Source of the DNA: Somniosus microcephalus
Taxonomy: Eukaryota
Length of the DNA: 64,000 bases
Direction: 5' to 3'
Assembly (NCBI GenBank): GCA_052327205.1
Contig: CM126211.1
Location: forward strand, 176,948,001 to 177,012,000
In this document: one piece after another, positions 46,347-58,185 of the stretch
How the letters are laid out: each line of letters starts with the position of its first letter
Numbering within the stretch: the stretch's first letter is position 1
Notes under the pieces: model-generated
Database searches by the model: none
What the model saw: only the letters and a program-made list of their open reading frames with translations
What the model was told of the DNA's origin: nothing
Position numbers and translations under genes: made by a program

Positions 46347-46805
46347 ATGCAGACGTCGCTGTGGATCCTCTCTATCAGTGTCCTGATCACCCTTGGAATA
46401 ACTCAACAGCCCAGAATGAGAACATGCCGGCGGAACCAACCCAAGCGGGTACACCACCTATGCCACGAAGACGTGCTTCGGTGCAATGATGATAACCGAG
46501 GCGGGTTCGGGAAATGGAACGTGATCAACTGGGACACCTACATTGGGCTTATTAGACAGCCCCACCGCTCGCTAATGCTGAGATACATACACAGAGGAAC
46601 ATTGCCATGCCATTGGACCAAGTGTAAATTTGATTACGTCTGTCGACGCCAGGTGACCAAGTCTGTTACTGCAGGACCATGCAACAGAACTACCGATACC
46701 AAAGGACAAAGCTGTTATCCGAAGTCCAACCAGGAAAGGAAAAGAAATGGGCTGCCCCCTTTGAAAGAATTTGATCGACTAAATAAAATAGACGTAACCG
46801 AATAA
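46347..46805 (+). CDS. 152-aa signal-peptide, Cys-rich ORF in the env position (accessory protein or internally deleted env)
   Basis: ATG start, hydrophobic N-terminus LWILSISVLITLGI, 8 Cys, one NRT sequon, no TM segment. Upstream CTAAC, pyrimidine tract and CAG. Confidence 0.6.
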   Translation: MQTSLWILSISVLITLGITQQPRMRTCRRNQPKRVHHLCHEDVLRCNDDNRGGFGKWNVINWDTYIGLIRQPHRSLMLRYIHRGTLPCHWTKCKFDYVCRRQVTKSVTAGPCNRTTDTKGQSCYPKSNQERKRNGLPPLKEFDRLNKIDVTE

Positions 46806-46830
46806 CGGTTGGTTATCATAGAATGATGAT

Positions 46831-46842
46831 AAAAGGAGGGAA
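46831..46842 (+). other. Polypurine tract
   Basis: AAAAGGAGGGAA immediately before the TG of the 3' LTR. Confidence 0.9.
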
Positions 46843-47414
46843 TGAGAATACCAAGGTCAAGGAAATAGAAACAAGAAACTGTGAAGGCAGCAAGAAGTAA
46901 AATAAAAAGGCTAAACTGATCTTTGGCTGCTAATATGGCTGGCGCCCACAATGTCACACCTTGCTGATAGGAACAGTGTAAGGCAGCGTGCAGAAGTTAT
47001 ACAGACAATAGGCGATCAGAAAACGCATTACCATGATTGCAAACGCATTACCATAATGTTTAGGTGATCGTGAACACATTACCAGGATGTTTACTTAGCT
47101 GTAACCCATTCAGTTAAATGTGACTTCTTTATTTCAAACTGCCAGGCCAGGAAATCAAATTAAATGTATACGTGCACAGCTCAGGATTGGTGCAGGAATG
47201 TACGAGGTGTTAATGTCTTCTCAAATGCAAGTATAATAATGTAGCACACTGTATGAAAAATTGCTTGCTCTGTTGGGTTCCTCAGACTCTTGCAGGAGTC
47301 GGTGCCAACATTTCAGAGTAAGACTCCGCGGAAAATAAATCGTTTGAATTCTCCAGTTGCATTCGACTCAGTGATTACTGAACCAGACTGAGGGTAAAAG
47401 AATCCGTTCTACCA
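46843..47414 (+). promoter_or_regulatory. ERV 3' LTR
   Basis: 572-bp copy of the 5' LTR; AATAAA at 47334-47339. Confidence 0.95.
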
Positions 47415-47418
47415 CATT

Positions 47419-48530
47419 CATGTCCCAGTAATGGTGATCCTCCATCTTGCAATACATACAGGTCTAGTTTTGGTGTTTCCTTACCGTTATATATAACGGT
47501 CACCCTTATTTTTCCTTTGGGGTAGACTTTTTGCCCCGTGTACGTCTTCAAAATAATTTTTGTGTCTCTCAAGGGTATGTGTGAGAATAGCCGCTCGTAG
47601 TCCCGTCGGTTTATGACTGTTAGGGCTGATCCTGTGTCCAATTCCATCTTTACCTGGACTCCTGCTATCTTGAGAGTGACCCAAATGGTTCGGTGATCCT
47701 CCGTTGTGATCACATTATGTAGTTTCAGACAACTCAGTTCCCTGCTTTCGGAGTCGTTATCACTCTTTTGTTCGTCTGAACTATTCTCCGTCATCCTATG
47801 TACCTTCTTGTACTTTTCTTTGGTAGGTTTCTTATTGCTGGTTTTCTTTCCCAACCTGCAGACTCGTGCTATGTGTCCTACTTTTCCCACACTGTCTGCA
47901 CACTTTGTCTTTGAACCAGCAATCATTCTGGTCCTGTGCTGTTCTGCCGCAGCGATAGCACTTCGCTGTTCTATATGACATTTTGTTTGTGCCATATTCT
48001 TGCGGTCTCTGTTGTATCTCTGCAGCGCCCCGTGCTGCTGCTTCATATGATACCACAATGCTGAAAGCCTTTTCCAGCGTAAGGTCCTTTTCAGATAAAA
48101 GCCGTTTCTGGGTTCCTTCACTTTGAAGCCCACACACAAACTTGTCCCTTAAGGTATCTGCCAGTCCCGCTCCAAACTGGCAGTGTTTCGATAGTTTGCG
48201 CAGTTCTGTTAAATAATTAGCATTGCTTTCATCCTTATGCTGGTTCCGTTTGTGAAACTTGAATCTTTCTGCTATCATCAGCGGTGTGGGGTTTAAATGT
48301 TCCTGTAGTATCGTTACTATGTCTTCAAAACACTTTTCCATTGGCTTCGTTGGGGCTACTAGATTTTGTAATAAACCATACGTCTTTGCACCCATTAAAT
48401 TTAACAATACCGACGCTTTCTTGTCATCTGACACCTCATTTGCCTTGCAGTATACCTCTATTCGTTCGACATATGTAGTCCAATCTTCAACTTCATTGTC
48501 AAATGCGGTGATACTGCCACTCTTCGGCAT
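47419..48530 (-). pseudogene. Gypsy gag and protease (frameshifted)
   Basis: ORFs 47832..48530 and 47375..48139; MELDTGS and LKTYTG motifs. Confidence 0.9.
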
Positions 48531-49107
48531 TTTGGGTGTGGTTTAAAATGGCGTCTCCCAATGGCTTAAAATGGCGTCTCCCGCGCTTTCCTTCCGCCAA
48601 CGCTGCTCCCGGCGGTTCTCATGGCAATGGCGGCGCCCTGTAGGTTTCGCGCGCTTCTCCTGCGCTGCTGCCAACGCCGCTCTCGGCGGTCCTCGTGGCA
48701 ATGGCGGCGCCTCGCGGGTTTCTGCACGTCTCTCTCTCCCTCTCTTCGACGCTGCTCGGCCCCTGAACACCGGCTGCGCCCTGTGCACTCTGCCCTCTCT
48801 CTCCCCCGTCGACGCTGCTCAGCCCTTTGCTGTGCCGCTCGGTCGGGCTCTAGCCCGCCGCTGTCCAGGAAGGGTCTGCGCACTACCTGTTGCCAGCCCG
48901 TTTTGCTGGACCACCTCGACTGGAAAGCCAAGCCTGGCTCACGACAGCCTCCCCCGCAATTCTCGAGTCTCTGCTGGATAACTGGGCAGTTGCCCGTGGT
49001 CGCCACCCAAGTCTCTGGCCTTGACCTCCAATCCACTGATCTCCAGGAACGAATCCCCGGGAGGTGATGCAGAGTTGCAGGTAGGTTCGAACTTGCCTTG
49101 TTGCCAA

Positions 49108-49294
49108 TGTTGTGTCTGTGTATAATGAGACACAGACTGCAGGAGAACGGTACAACAGGTGTTTACTCAACGTGGCTCACACTGGAATGATCTGTACAGA
49201 TTACTACTCAGTGTTATATACAGGTGTGGTCACTGCCGGTACTGCAGTATACATGAGCTGTAAAAGATAGTTCCCCCCCTTAAAGGTATATACA
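49108..49294 (-). promoter_or_regulatory. Gypsy 5' LTR (approximate)
   Basis: Minus strand ends ..ACAACA followed by TGGCAACAAGG (49096-49106), read as a CpG-decayed TGGCGACGAGG PBS. Outer end uncertain. Confidence 0.65.
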
Positions 49295-50530
49295 TTAGAG
49301 AGAGAAAGTACTGGGCAAACTAATGGGACTAAAGGTGGACAAGTCTCCTGGACCCGATGGCATGCATCCTCGAGTCTTAAAAGAGGTGGCTGCAGAGATA
49401 GTGGATGCATTGGTTGTAATCTACCAAAATTCCCTGGATTCTGGAGAGGTCGCAGTTGACTGGAAAACCGCAAATGTAATGCCCCTACTTAAGAAAGGAG
49501 GGAGACAGAAAGCAGGCAACTATCGGGCAGTTAGCCTAACATCTATCATTGGGAAAATGCTGGAATCCATCATTAAGGAAGTGATGGCAGGACATTTAGA
49601 AAATCACAATATAGTCAAGCAGAGTCAGCATGGTTTTATGAAAGGGAAATCATGTTTGACAAATTTGCTGCAGTTCTTTGAGGATGTAACGAGCAGGGTG
49701 GATAAAGGGGAACCAGTGGATGTTGTGTATTTGGATTTCCAGAAGGCATTTGATAAGGTGCCACATAAAAGGTTACTACATAAGACAAGAGCTCACGGGG
49801 TTGGGGGTAATATATTAGCATGGATAGAGGATCGGCTAACTAACAGAAAACAGAGAGTCGGGATAAATGAGTAATTTTCAGGTTGGCAAACTAACTAGTG
49901 GGGTGCCACAGGGATCGGTGCTGGAGCCTCAACTATTTACAATCTATATTAACGACTTGGATGAAGGGACTGAGTGTAATGTAGCCAAATTTGCTGATGA
50001 TACAAAGATAGGTGGGAAAGCAAAGAATCTCCAAAGGATATAGATAGGCTAAGTGAGTGGGAAAAAATCTGGCAGATGGAGTTTTAATGTGGGAAAATGA
50101 GAGGTTATCCACTTTGGTAGGAAAAATAAAAGCGCAAATTATTTAAATGGTGAGAGATTACAAAATGCTGAGGTGCAGGGGGATCTGGGGGTCCTTCTAC
50201 ATGAATCATAAAAAGTTAGCATGCAGGTACAGCAAGTAATTAGGAAGGCAAATGGAATGTTGGCCTTTATAGCAAAGGGAATGGAGTAAAAAAAGTAGGG
50301 AAGTCCTGTTACAAATGTACAGGGTGTTGTTGAGACCACACCTGAAGTACTGCGTACAGTTTTGGTCTCCTTATTTAAGGAAGGATATACTTGCATTAGA
50401 GGCAGTTCAGAGAAGGTTACGAGGTTGATTCCGGAGATGACGGGGTTATCTTATGAAGAAAGGTTGAGCCTATACTCATTGGAGTTTAGAAGAATGAGAG
50501 GGGATCTTATTGAAATATATAAGATTCTCA

Positions 50531-52264
50531 GAGTCAGAGTTATACAGCACAGAAAGAGGCCATTCGGCCCATCGCGTCCGTGCCGGCCATCAAGCCCTAT
50601 CTAATCTAATCCCATTTTCCAGCATTTGGTCCATAGCCTTGTATGCTATGGCATTTCAAGTGCTCATCCAAATGCTTCTTGAATGTTGTGAGGGTTCCTG
50701 CCTCTACCACCCTTTCAGGCAGTAAGTTCCAGATTCCAACCACCCTCTGGGTGAAAAAGTTTTTCCTCAAATCCCCTCTAAACCTCCTGCCCCTTACCTT
50801 GAATCTATGCCCCCTTGTTATTGACCCCTCTACTAAGGGAAAAAGTTCCTTTCTATCCACCCTATCTATGCCCCTCATAATTTTGTATACCTCAATCAGG
50901 TCCCCTCTCAGCCTTCTCTGCTCCAAGGAAAACAACCCCAGCCTGTCCAGTCTTACTTCATAGCTGAAGCGCTCCAGCCCAGGTAACATCCTGGTAAATC
51001 TCCTCTGCACCCTCCTCTACTCCCTCTTCACCCACGACTGTGTGGCTGTTCATGGTTCCAACACCATCAAGTTTGCGGATGATACCGCGGTGGTAGGCCA
51101 GATCACCAACAACGATGAGTCAACCTACAGGGAGGAGGTCCAGCATCTCGTGAAGCGGTGCGCCGATAACAACCTGGCCCTTAACATCAAGAAAACCAAG
51201 GAAATCATTGTGGACTTCAGGAAGTCTAAAGGCAGAAGTCACACCCCCATCCACATCCATGGGGCTGTGGTGGAAAGGGTGGACAGCTTTAAGTTCCTCG
51301 GAGTCCACATCACGGAAGACCTCTCCTGGTCCCTCAATACCTATTCTTTGGTGAAGAAGGCCCAGCAGCGCCTATATTTCCTAAGGAGGCTGAAGGGATG
51401 TAACCTGTCACCCCTGATCCTCTCTAACTTTTACCGCTGCACAATAGAGAGCATCCTGACAAACTGTATCACAGTATGGTATGGCAGCTGTAGCTCCTAT
51501 GACCGGAAAGCCCTGCAGCGGGTAGTCAAAACTGCCCAACGCATTACCGGCACCCGGCTACCGACCATAGAGAACATCTACCAGAAACGCTGTTTACGGA
51601 GGTCACTGACCATCATCAAAGATTCTACCCACCCCAGCCACAGTTTGTTCGCCCCCCTGCCATCTGGGAGACGCTACAGATGCATTCGCACCCGTACGAC
51701 CAGATTTAGGAACAGCTTCTTTCCCAGGGCTGTCATCCTACTGAACTCCACAAATAAACTCTAAAGCCTGCACATCTGCCAATGCACTTTATTATGTTTA
51801 TGTATTACAAGCCAAATGAATGTTGAATGTTAAATGTCTTAATCAAAATGTACACTCTCGTTGTACTACACTTGTGCACTAACAATGACAATAAAGTTGA
51901 TTATTATTATTATCCTTCCTGTAGTGTGGCGACCAGAACTGCACAGTACTCCAGCTGTGGCCATACCAGCGTTTTGTACAGCTCCATCATAACCTCCCTG
52001 CTCTTATATTCTATGCCTCGGCTAATGAAGGCAAGTATCCCATATGCCTTTTTAACCACCTTATCCACCTGTTCTGCTGCCTTCAGGGATCTATGTACAT
52101 GCACACCAAGGTCCCTCTGATCCTCTGTCTTTCCTAGGGTCTTATCATTCATTGTGTATTCCCTTGCCTTGTTAGTCCATCCGAAATGCATCACCTCACA
52201 CTTTTCAGGGTTAAATTCCATTTGCCACTGTTCCACCCATTTGACCAACCCATCTATATCATCC
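50531..52264 (-). mobile_element. CR1 3' fragment nested in the previous CR1 and itself split by Rex1/Babar
   Basis: ORFs 50606..51010 and 51910..52248 are consecutive CR1 segments. Confidence 0.9.
51011..51913 (+). mobile_element. Rex1/Babar LINE 3' fragment with open 240-aa frame
   Basis: KFADDTAVVG, KTKEIIVDFRK, FKFLGVHI, KKAQQRLYFLRRL and FYRCTIESIL motifs; AATAAA followed by a (TAT)n tail. Confidence 0.92.
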
Positions 52265-52619
52265 TGAAGGGGCTTGACAAGGTAGATGCAGAGAAGATGA
52301 TTCCCCTCGAGGGGGCATCATTTCAGAATAAGGGGGCACCCTTTTAAATCTGAAATGAGGAGGGATTTCTTCTCTCAGAGGGTCGTGAATCTTTGGAATT
52401 CTCTTCCCCAGAGAGCTGTGGAGGCTGGGTCATTGAATGTATTTAAGGTGGAGATAGACAGATTTTTGAACTTATCGGAGTCAAGGGTTATGGGGTGTGG
52501 GCAGGGAAGTGGAGTTGAGGCCAAGATCAGATCAGCCATGATCTTATTGAATGGCAGAGCAGGCTCGAGGGGCCAAATGACCTACTCCTGCTCCTACGTC
52601 TTATGTTCTTATATCCTTA

Positions 52620-53010
52620 TGAGATGGGGCAGTAGTTTGCAAGGACAGAGGGGCAAGGGTTGGTTTTTTGAGGAGAGGGGTAATGACTGCAGATTTGAGG
52701 GAGAGTGGGACAGTGCCTGAGGAGAGAGAACTGTTAACAATGTCAGCTAACATGGGAGCCAGAAACGGAAGTTGGGTGGTTAGCAGTTTGGTGGGAATAG
52801 GGTCGAGGGAGCAGAAAGTGGGTCTCATGGACAAGATGAGCATGGAGAGGTCATGAGGGGAGATCGGAGAGAAACTGGAGAAAGATGTGAGTTCAGGGCT
52901 AGGGCAGGGGGGAACCTTAGAGGAAGTTTGGCCCAGTGGGCTAGGGGAAGGAAGGGAAGTGGCAGAGGCAGCTGAACAGATGGTCTCAATCTTAGAGATG
53001 AGGAGGGATA
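52620..53010 (-). mobile_element. L2 LINE fragment (RT N-terminal side)
   Basis: CSLDPIPTKLL, IVNSSLSSGTVP and KSAVITPLLKKPTL motifs. Confidence 0.82.
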
Positions 53011-53037
53011 CTGTACCACAGTGACCGTCAGTGGATG

Positions 53038-53890
53038 TCATAGAAACATAGAGATAGGAACAGGAGTAGGCCATTCGGCCCTTCGAGCCTGCTCCGCCAT
53101 TCAATGAGATCATGGCTGATCTTCGTCTGAGATCTTAGCTGATCTTACCAGTTCAGTACCCCGTCCCCGCCTTTTCTCCGTAACCCTTAATCCCCTTAGC
53201 CTTCAGAAATATATCCAATTCTCTCTTGAAAATATTTATTGAATTAGCCTTCACAGCCCTCTGTGGCAGGGAATTCCACAGGCTCACCACTCTTTGAGTG
53301 AAGAAATTCTTCCTCATCTCTGTTTTAAATGATTTGCCCGCTATTTTTAGACTGTGGCCCCTGGTTCTGTGCTCCCCTGCCATTGGAAACATTCTCTCTG
53401 AATTCAGCCTGTCCAGGCCTGCCATAATTTTATATGTTTCGATGAGATCCCCTCTCAATCTTCTAAACTCCAGTGAGTACAAGCCCAAACTATTCAATCT
53501 CTCCTCGTAGGTCATTCCCGCCATTCCAGGTATCAGCCTGGTGAATCGCCGCTGCACTCTTTCCATGGCAAGAACATCCTTCCGCAGATGGGGCGACCAA
53601 AACTGTACACAATACTCCAGATGCGGTCTCACCAGCACCTTGTACAGCTGTAGTAAGGTATCCCTATTCCTATACTCGAACCCCCTTGATATGAAGGCCA
53701 ACATACCATTTGCCTTCTTAATCGCCTGTTGCACCTGCATGCTCTCCTTCAGTGACTGGTGCACAAGAACACCCAGGTCCCTCTGCACTTCCCCATCTCC
53801 CAATCTATTGCCATTTAGATAATAATCTACCCTCCTGTTTTTACCCCCAAAGTGGATAACCTCGCATTTATCCACATTATAGTGCATGTC
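53038..53890 (-). mobile_element. CR1 3' fragment with open 244-aa frame
   Basis: ORF 53153..53887 plus a CR1 tail. Confidence 0.93.
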
Positions 53891-54302
53891 AAGTGACTTT
53901 AGTTAGGGAATGTTGTGAACAGCTTACTGAAAACAATATCATACAGCATATAGACCACATGATATAATTCCAGTAAGCTGGTATCAACACATTTCAGTAA
54001 AACAGCCATATGAAGCCATTTTCTTCAGTTGTGTAATCCTGATTTTCATTGTGCTTTCATTCCAATTATTCTAACTCAGCTTCCATCACCAAGGATACAT
54101 GTGGAAAATTGGGCGTTTTTACCAAAATTTTGTTTTGTATAGTTTCACTGATACGCTAGTTAGAATGAATTTGTGCACCGAGTTGAAGACAAGTAATTCA
54201 ATCTCTGGTGCCTTATGGCTTGTCACAAACCACTTGAGCTTCATTCTTGTGTTTTATGACGGATCAGAAATCTGAGATTGAATTACTCTCTTGTAACTCT
54301 CT

Positions 54303-54872
54303 TGTAAGGGTATTGGTGAGACCACACCTTGAGTACTGCGTACAATTTTGGTCTCCTTATTTAAGGAAGGATATACTTGCATTGGTGGCAGTTCAGAGAT
54401 GATTCAACGCGGTTGATTCCCGAGATGAGGGGATGACTTATGAAGAAATGTTGAGCCTATACTCATTGGAATTTAGGAGAATGAGAAGTGATCTTATTGA
54501 AACATATAAAGATACTGAGGGGGCTCGACAAGATTAATGCAGAGAGGATGTTTCGCCTAGTGGTGAAATCTAGAACTCAGGGACATCGTTTCAGAATAAA
54601 GGGTCGCCCTTTTAGAACTGAGTGAGGAGGAATTTCTTCTCTGAGGGTCGTAAATCTGCGGAATTCTCTGCTTCAGAGAGCCGGGGAGGCTGGATCATTA
54701 AATACATTTAAAGGTGGAGATAGACAGATTTTTGCAAGATAAGGGAGTGAAGGGTTATGGGGAGCAGGCGGGGAAGTGGCTTTGAGCCCAAGATCAGCCA
54801 TGATCTTATTGAATGGTGGAGCAGGCTCGAGGGGCCAAGTGGCCTATTCCTGCTCCTATTTCTTATGTTATG
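54303..54872 (+). mobile_element. CR1 3' fragment (decayed)
   Basis: [15 protein letters not shown] through to the 3' stem-loop and tail. Confidence 0.85.
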
Positions 54873-55619
54873 TAACTCAATACAAAGCATCCAATACATA
54901 ATAAAACAGACAACAGAATTTCCCCAAAAATCAACAGCAAATGATTAAACTTTCCATAATGACTGTACAATCAAAGGGTCATCACAAAGGATTGTAGAGT
55001 TTTAGGTAGGCTAAGTTCCTGAAACAGCCTGGTTGGTTAATTGGTACTATTTTGGCCACTTGAGAAAGTTTGCCATATAGTAGACATTAAAACTTTTTAG
55101 ATGCAAACTATATTAGTGGTTTTCATGTTTATAAATCAAGTAAACCTATTTTGTGCAGAAATAATGATACTGCATTACCTATTCTAAAGCCTAGTAGTCA
55201 CTTGAAAGTAATTTTAACCAAATGAGCCCCTTTAATCTACAGTATGAACATTAATGTGCTAACAGCAGAGTGTGCATCAGCATTCAGCATCCACTACAAA
55301 ACACACTGGTTCTACAAAAGGCAAATCTAAAATAAAACCTTAAGAAATGTAAGTAGTATATATTTGTTTAAAAATACACAAAGCAGATACCAGGAATTGA
55401 ATGCAAGGCAAGAATCTAATCTTAAGCATTCATATTATTTATAAACTACTCAAGGTCTGCCCTTGTTATTTAGGAACCACTAGATTAAAACCTAACCTCT
55501 ACTTACTGCCAGTTACCCTTTTTATTTTACGTAATGAATGCAGTCAACTGGTGTTTACTGTGCACTCACTGACCTACACTGTTTCCCAGGAACCAATGCT
55601 TCAAAATAAAGCATTCTTA

Positions 55620-55932
55620 TCCCAGTGTTTTAAATCCCTCCACAGTTTCACCCCACCCGATCACTGCAACCTCCCCCAGCCTGACAACCTTGTCTGCCCA
55701 CCCCATCTCCATTCCTCTAACTCCAGCCTCTTATGATTGGTGGCTCCGCCACCAATGGTGGACAATGTCCCACTCACTAGAATTCCCTTCCTAAACCCCT
55801 CCACACCTCTCCTTAAACCCTACTTTTTGGTCAACCCTCCCTCTCTCTCACTTGCCATCCATTTTCCTTGCACTTCTGAAGCACTGCGTTTTTCTACATT
55901 AAAAAGGTACTATATAAATGCAAGTTGTTATT
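55620..55932 (+). mobile_element. Decayed L2 3' end
   Basis: FKSLH motif and tail ..TATATAAATGCAAGTTGTTATTG. Confidence 0.55.
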
Positions 55933-56077
55933 GTGGTGCTTGGTTTATTGTACTGTCTTCATGGATACCTGTCTCAAGTCTGCAATAATCGATTTAATGA
56001 AGTCTTAACCTTTTTATAAATAAATACTGCACTACAGAATTCTAAATGGTTTGCTCATTGCTATCAAAGAGTTTTTA

Positions 56078-56528
56078 ACTGTGGCTCAGTGGGTAGCACT
56101 CTCATCTGAGTCAGAAGGTTGTGGGTTCAAGCCCCACTCTAAAGACTTCATCACAAAAATCTAGGCTGACGCTCCAGTCCAGTGCAGTGGAGGGAGTGCT
56201 GCACTGTCAGGTGCAGTCTTTTGGATGAGATGTTAAACCAGAGCCCCGTCTGCTCTCAGGTGGACGTAAAAAATCCCATGGCACTATTTCAAAGAGCAGG
56301 GGAGTTATCCCGGTGTCCTGGCCAATATTTATCCCTCAAATCAACATGACTGAAACAGATTATCTGGTCATTATCACATTGCTGTTTGTGGGAGCTTGCG
56401 GTGCACAAATTGGCTGCCGCTTTTCCTGCAACAGTGACTACACTTCAAAAAGTACTTCACTGGCTGTAAAGCGCTTTGGGACGTCCGTGCTCGTGAAAGG
56501 CGCTATAGAAATGCAAGTCTTTCTTTTG
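56078..56528 (+). mobile_element. Deu-domain SINE (SacSINE1/AmnSINE1-related) with L2-type tail
   Basis: A box TGGCTCAGTGGG, B box GGTTCAAGCCC, Deu-like core GATGAGATGTTAAACC..ATCCCATGGCACTATT..GGTGTCCTGGCCAA, tail GTAAAGCGCTTTGGG..GCGCTATAGAAATGCAAG. Confidence 0.85.
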
Positions 56529-58185
56529 ATGTTAAAACAGACACACAGAAAACTCTGGTAGGAAGGACTGGACTAGCTGCTATAATTAAGCACACGATTA
56601 GCCAAGCTGGCGGACAGCGTTAACCCAGTCGCCTCTTGGAGTGCCAGTAGTAATGTGACCGTTAACGGATAAAGAGTTTTCCAATCAGTGGGTGCAACGG
56701 CCGCGGGTCCGGAGGCGAGTTTATCAATGGAGCAGGGATTCTGCCCGCCAGGAACCATAACAACCTGTTCAACTGTAACCGTCGACGGTGAAAGTATAGT
56801 TTACAGCTGGTGTGATGGCGGTTTCGGCGATTACCAGCCCTGTTGGCGAGAGTCCTGACCGGCACCGAACAGGCAGGCCTCGGACAAGCAGCTGAGGGAC
56901 ACCAACTGCCCCATTAGCCGTCCGGGGCTCCCCGTCCACCTCCACCTCCGGCTCCTCCCTCCCATCGCGGGCCCTTTTACCCACCTGTTCTTCTATCACT
57001 CGCTTCCCTGACGTTATCTTTACTCCCAATTCACTCACTTTAAAAAAAAATGAAACAACCAAACTTACTTTACTCCTCCACATCCCGGAGACCGCCGGGC
57101 TCCGCTCAATCCTCGGCTTTTCCCGCCTCACGAGCCATGACTTCTTTTTTTCTCCTTCACGTGCGGTTAATGAAATCAAATCAAAAGGCGCCGCCTTCTG
57201 ATGGGCCGGTTATAGGGGCCGCCGGTGGGTGGCGAGTGAGCTTTGGCACTGCTGTCATTTGCATGTTAAAAGGTGAAGAGTTTGCTCTGGGGAATAGAAG
57301 ATCTGGTCCGGTCCTCTTGTTGACTTCGGTAACACTCACTTTTGTTATCCTTAAAACTATCAGCTGCTTTGACTTTAGGTATGTTCTTCCTTGTGGGATT
57401 GACAGGTTTTTAGTCAGTGGTAGATATCTGAGCTGTCCTGCCTTAAGCCCTCCCACCCTCTGCTTTTCATCAGAGAAGAAGAAGAAGGAGGCAATGTTTG
57501 TTCCCCTCTGAAATATGATCAGTTTCGGCGTGAAGAGTGATCAGGAGTGTTATCTGTTTCTTTTGTATTGAGGAAATAACATTGAAGTGACGAGATTTAA
57601 TCCTTCTTACCTCTTTTCTGTTTCTCATTCGTTTTCTGCTGCTTTGCCTTATGTACAGCCCACACATGGAGTCACATGAGTAGTTAAATATTTCCCTAGT
57701 TTGAGCAAATATTTTTTTGGTTTGATAATGGTTTTCAGATAAGAGTGGAACATTTTTCCACCAGTTGGGTAGAAATTCTAGCCAGCAGGGTGGGGTGGAA
57801 CTAGTACAATTCTGGTTGGTTTGAGGGACAGTGGCCACAGTTTGTTGTGGAACCTGGATCGGCTAGATTTCTGCCCCTTCCAAGTTTTCCAGTAAACTGT
57901 TGTGGAGGTGGCCACATCTTGGGTCGGCCCTGATACACAAATGACTTTGGGTGTGTATTTGGGAGACTTCATGAGCTACCCAGGGAATTGTGCCCAGCTC
58001 ACTACCTGATGGGTCCAGTGACACCTATACCTATCAAGAGTAGGCGTCGGTCCCATTCTGGTCCTGTAAGAAGGTGTCAGCATTGCAAGAAATTAAGGTA
58101 ATTGATCCCAGAGGCGTCCAATTCTTTCAAAAGGGAGGGAGGAAAACAACCAAAGTTACTAAGCTAGATCCCAGGAGATCAATTA

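Larger units (their letters stand above)
39539..47414 (+). mobile_element. Endogenous retrovirus (class I, gamma/epsilon-related fish-type), defective, no full env
   Basis: Two 572-bp TG..CA LTRs, TSD CATT (39535-39538 and 47415-47418), PBS, gag-pro-pol (DTG, YVDD, RNase H, HHCC-DDE-GPY), PPT. Confidence 0.96.
36841..49294 (-). mobile_element. Gypsy LTR retrotransposon (Mag-like), 3'-truncated and split by the ERV
   Basis: gag from 48530 (DWTTYVER, ERFKF, LRDKFVCG, two Zn knuckles), protease LDTG, RT YLDD, RNase H, integrase HHCC/SDNGP/NGLAER. 5' LTR ~49108-49294 with PBS TGGCAACAAGG. Confidence 0.93.
49295..52615 (+). mobile_element. CR1 LINE (parts ~49295-50530 and ~52265-52615)
   Basis: ORFs 49323..49874, 50362.. 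and 52355..; tail at ~52600. Confidence 0.9.
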
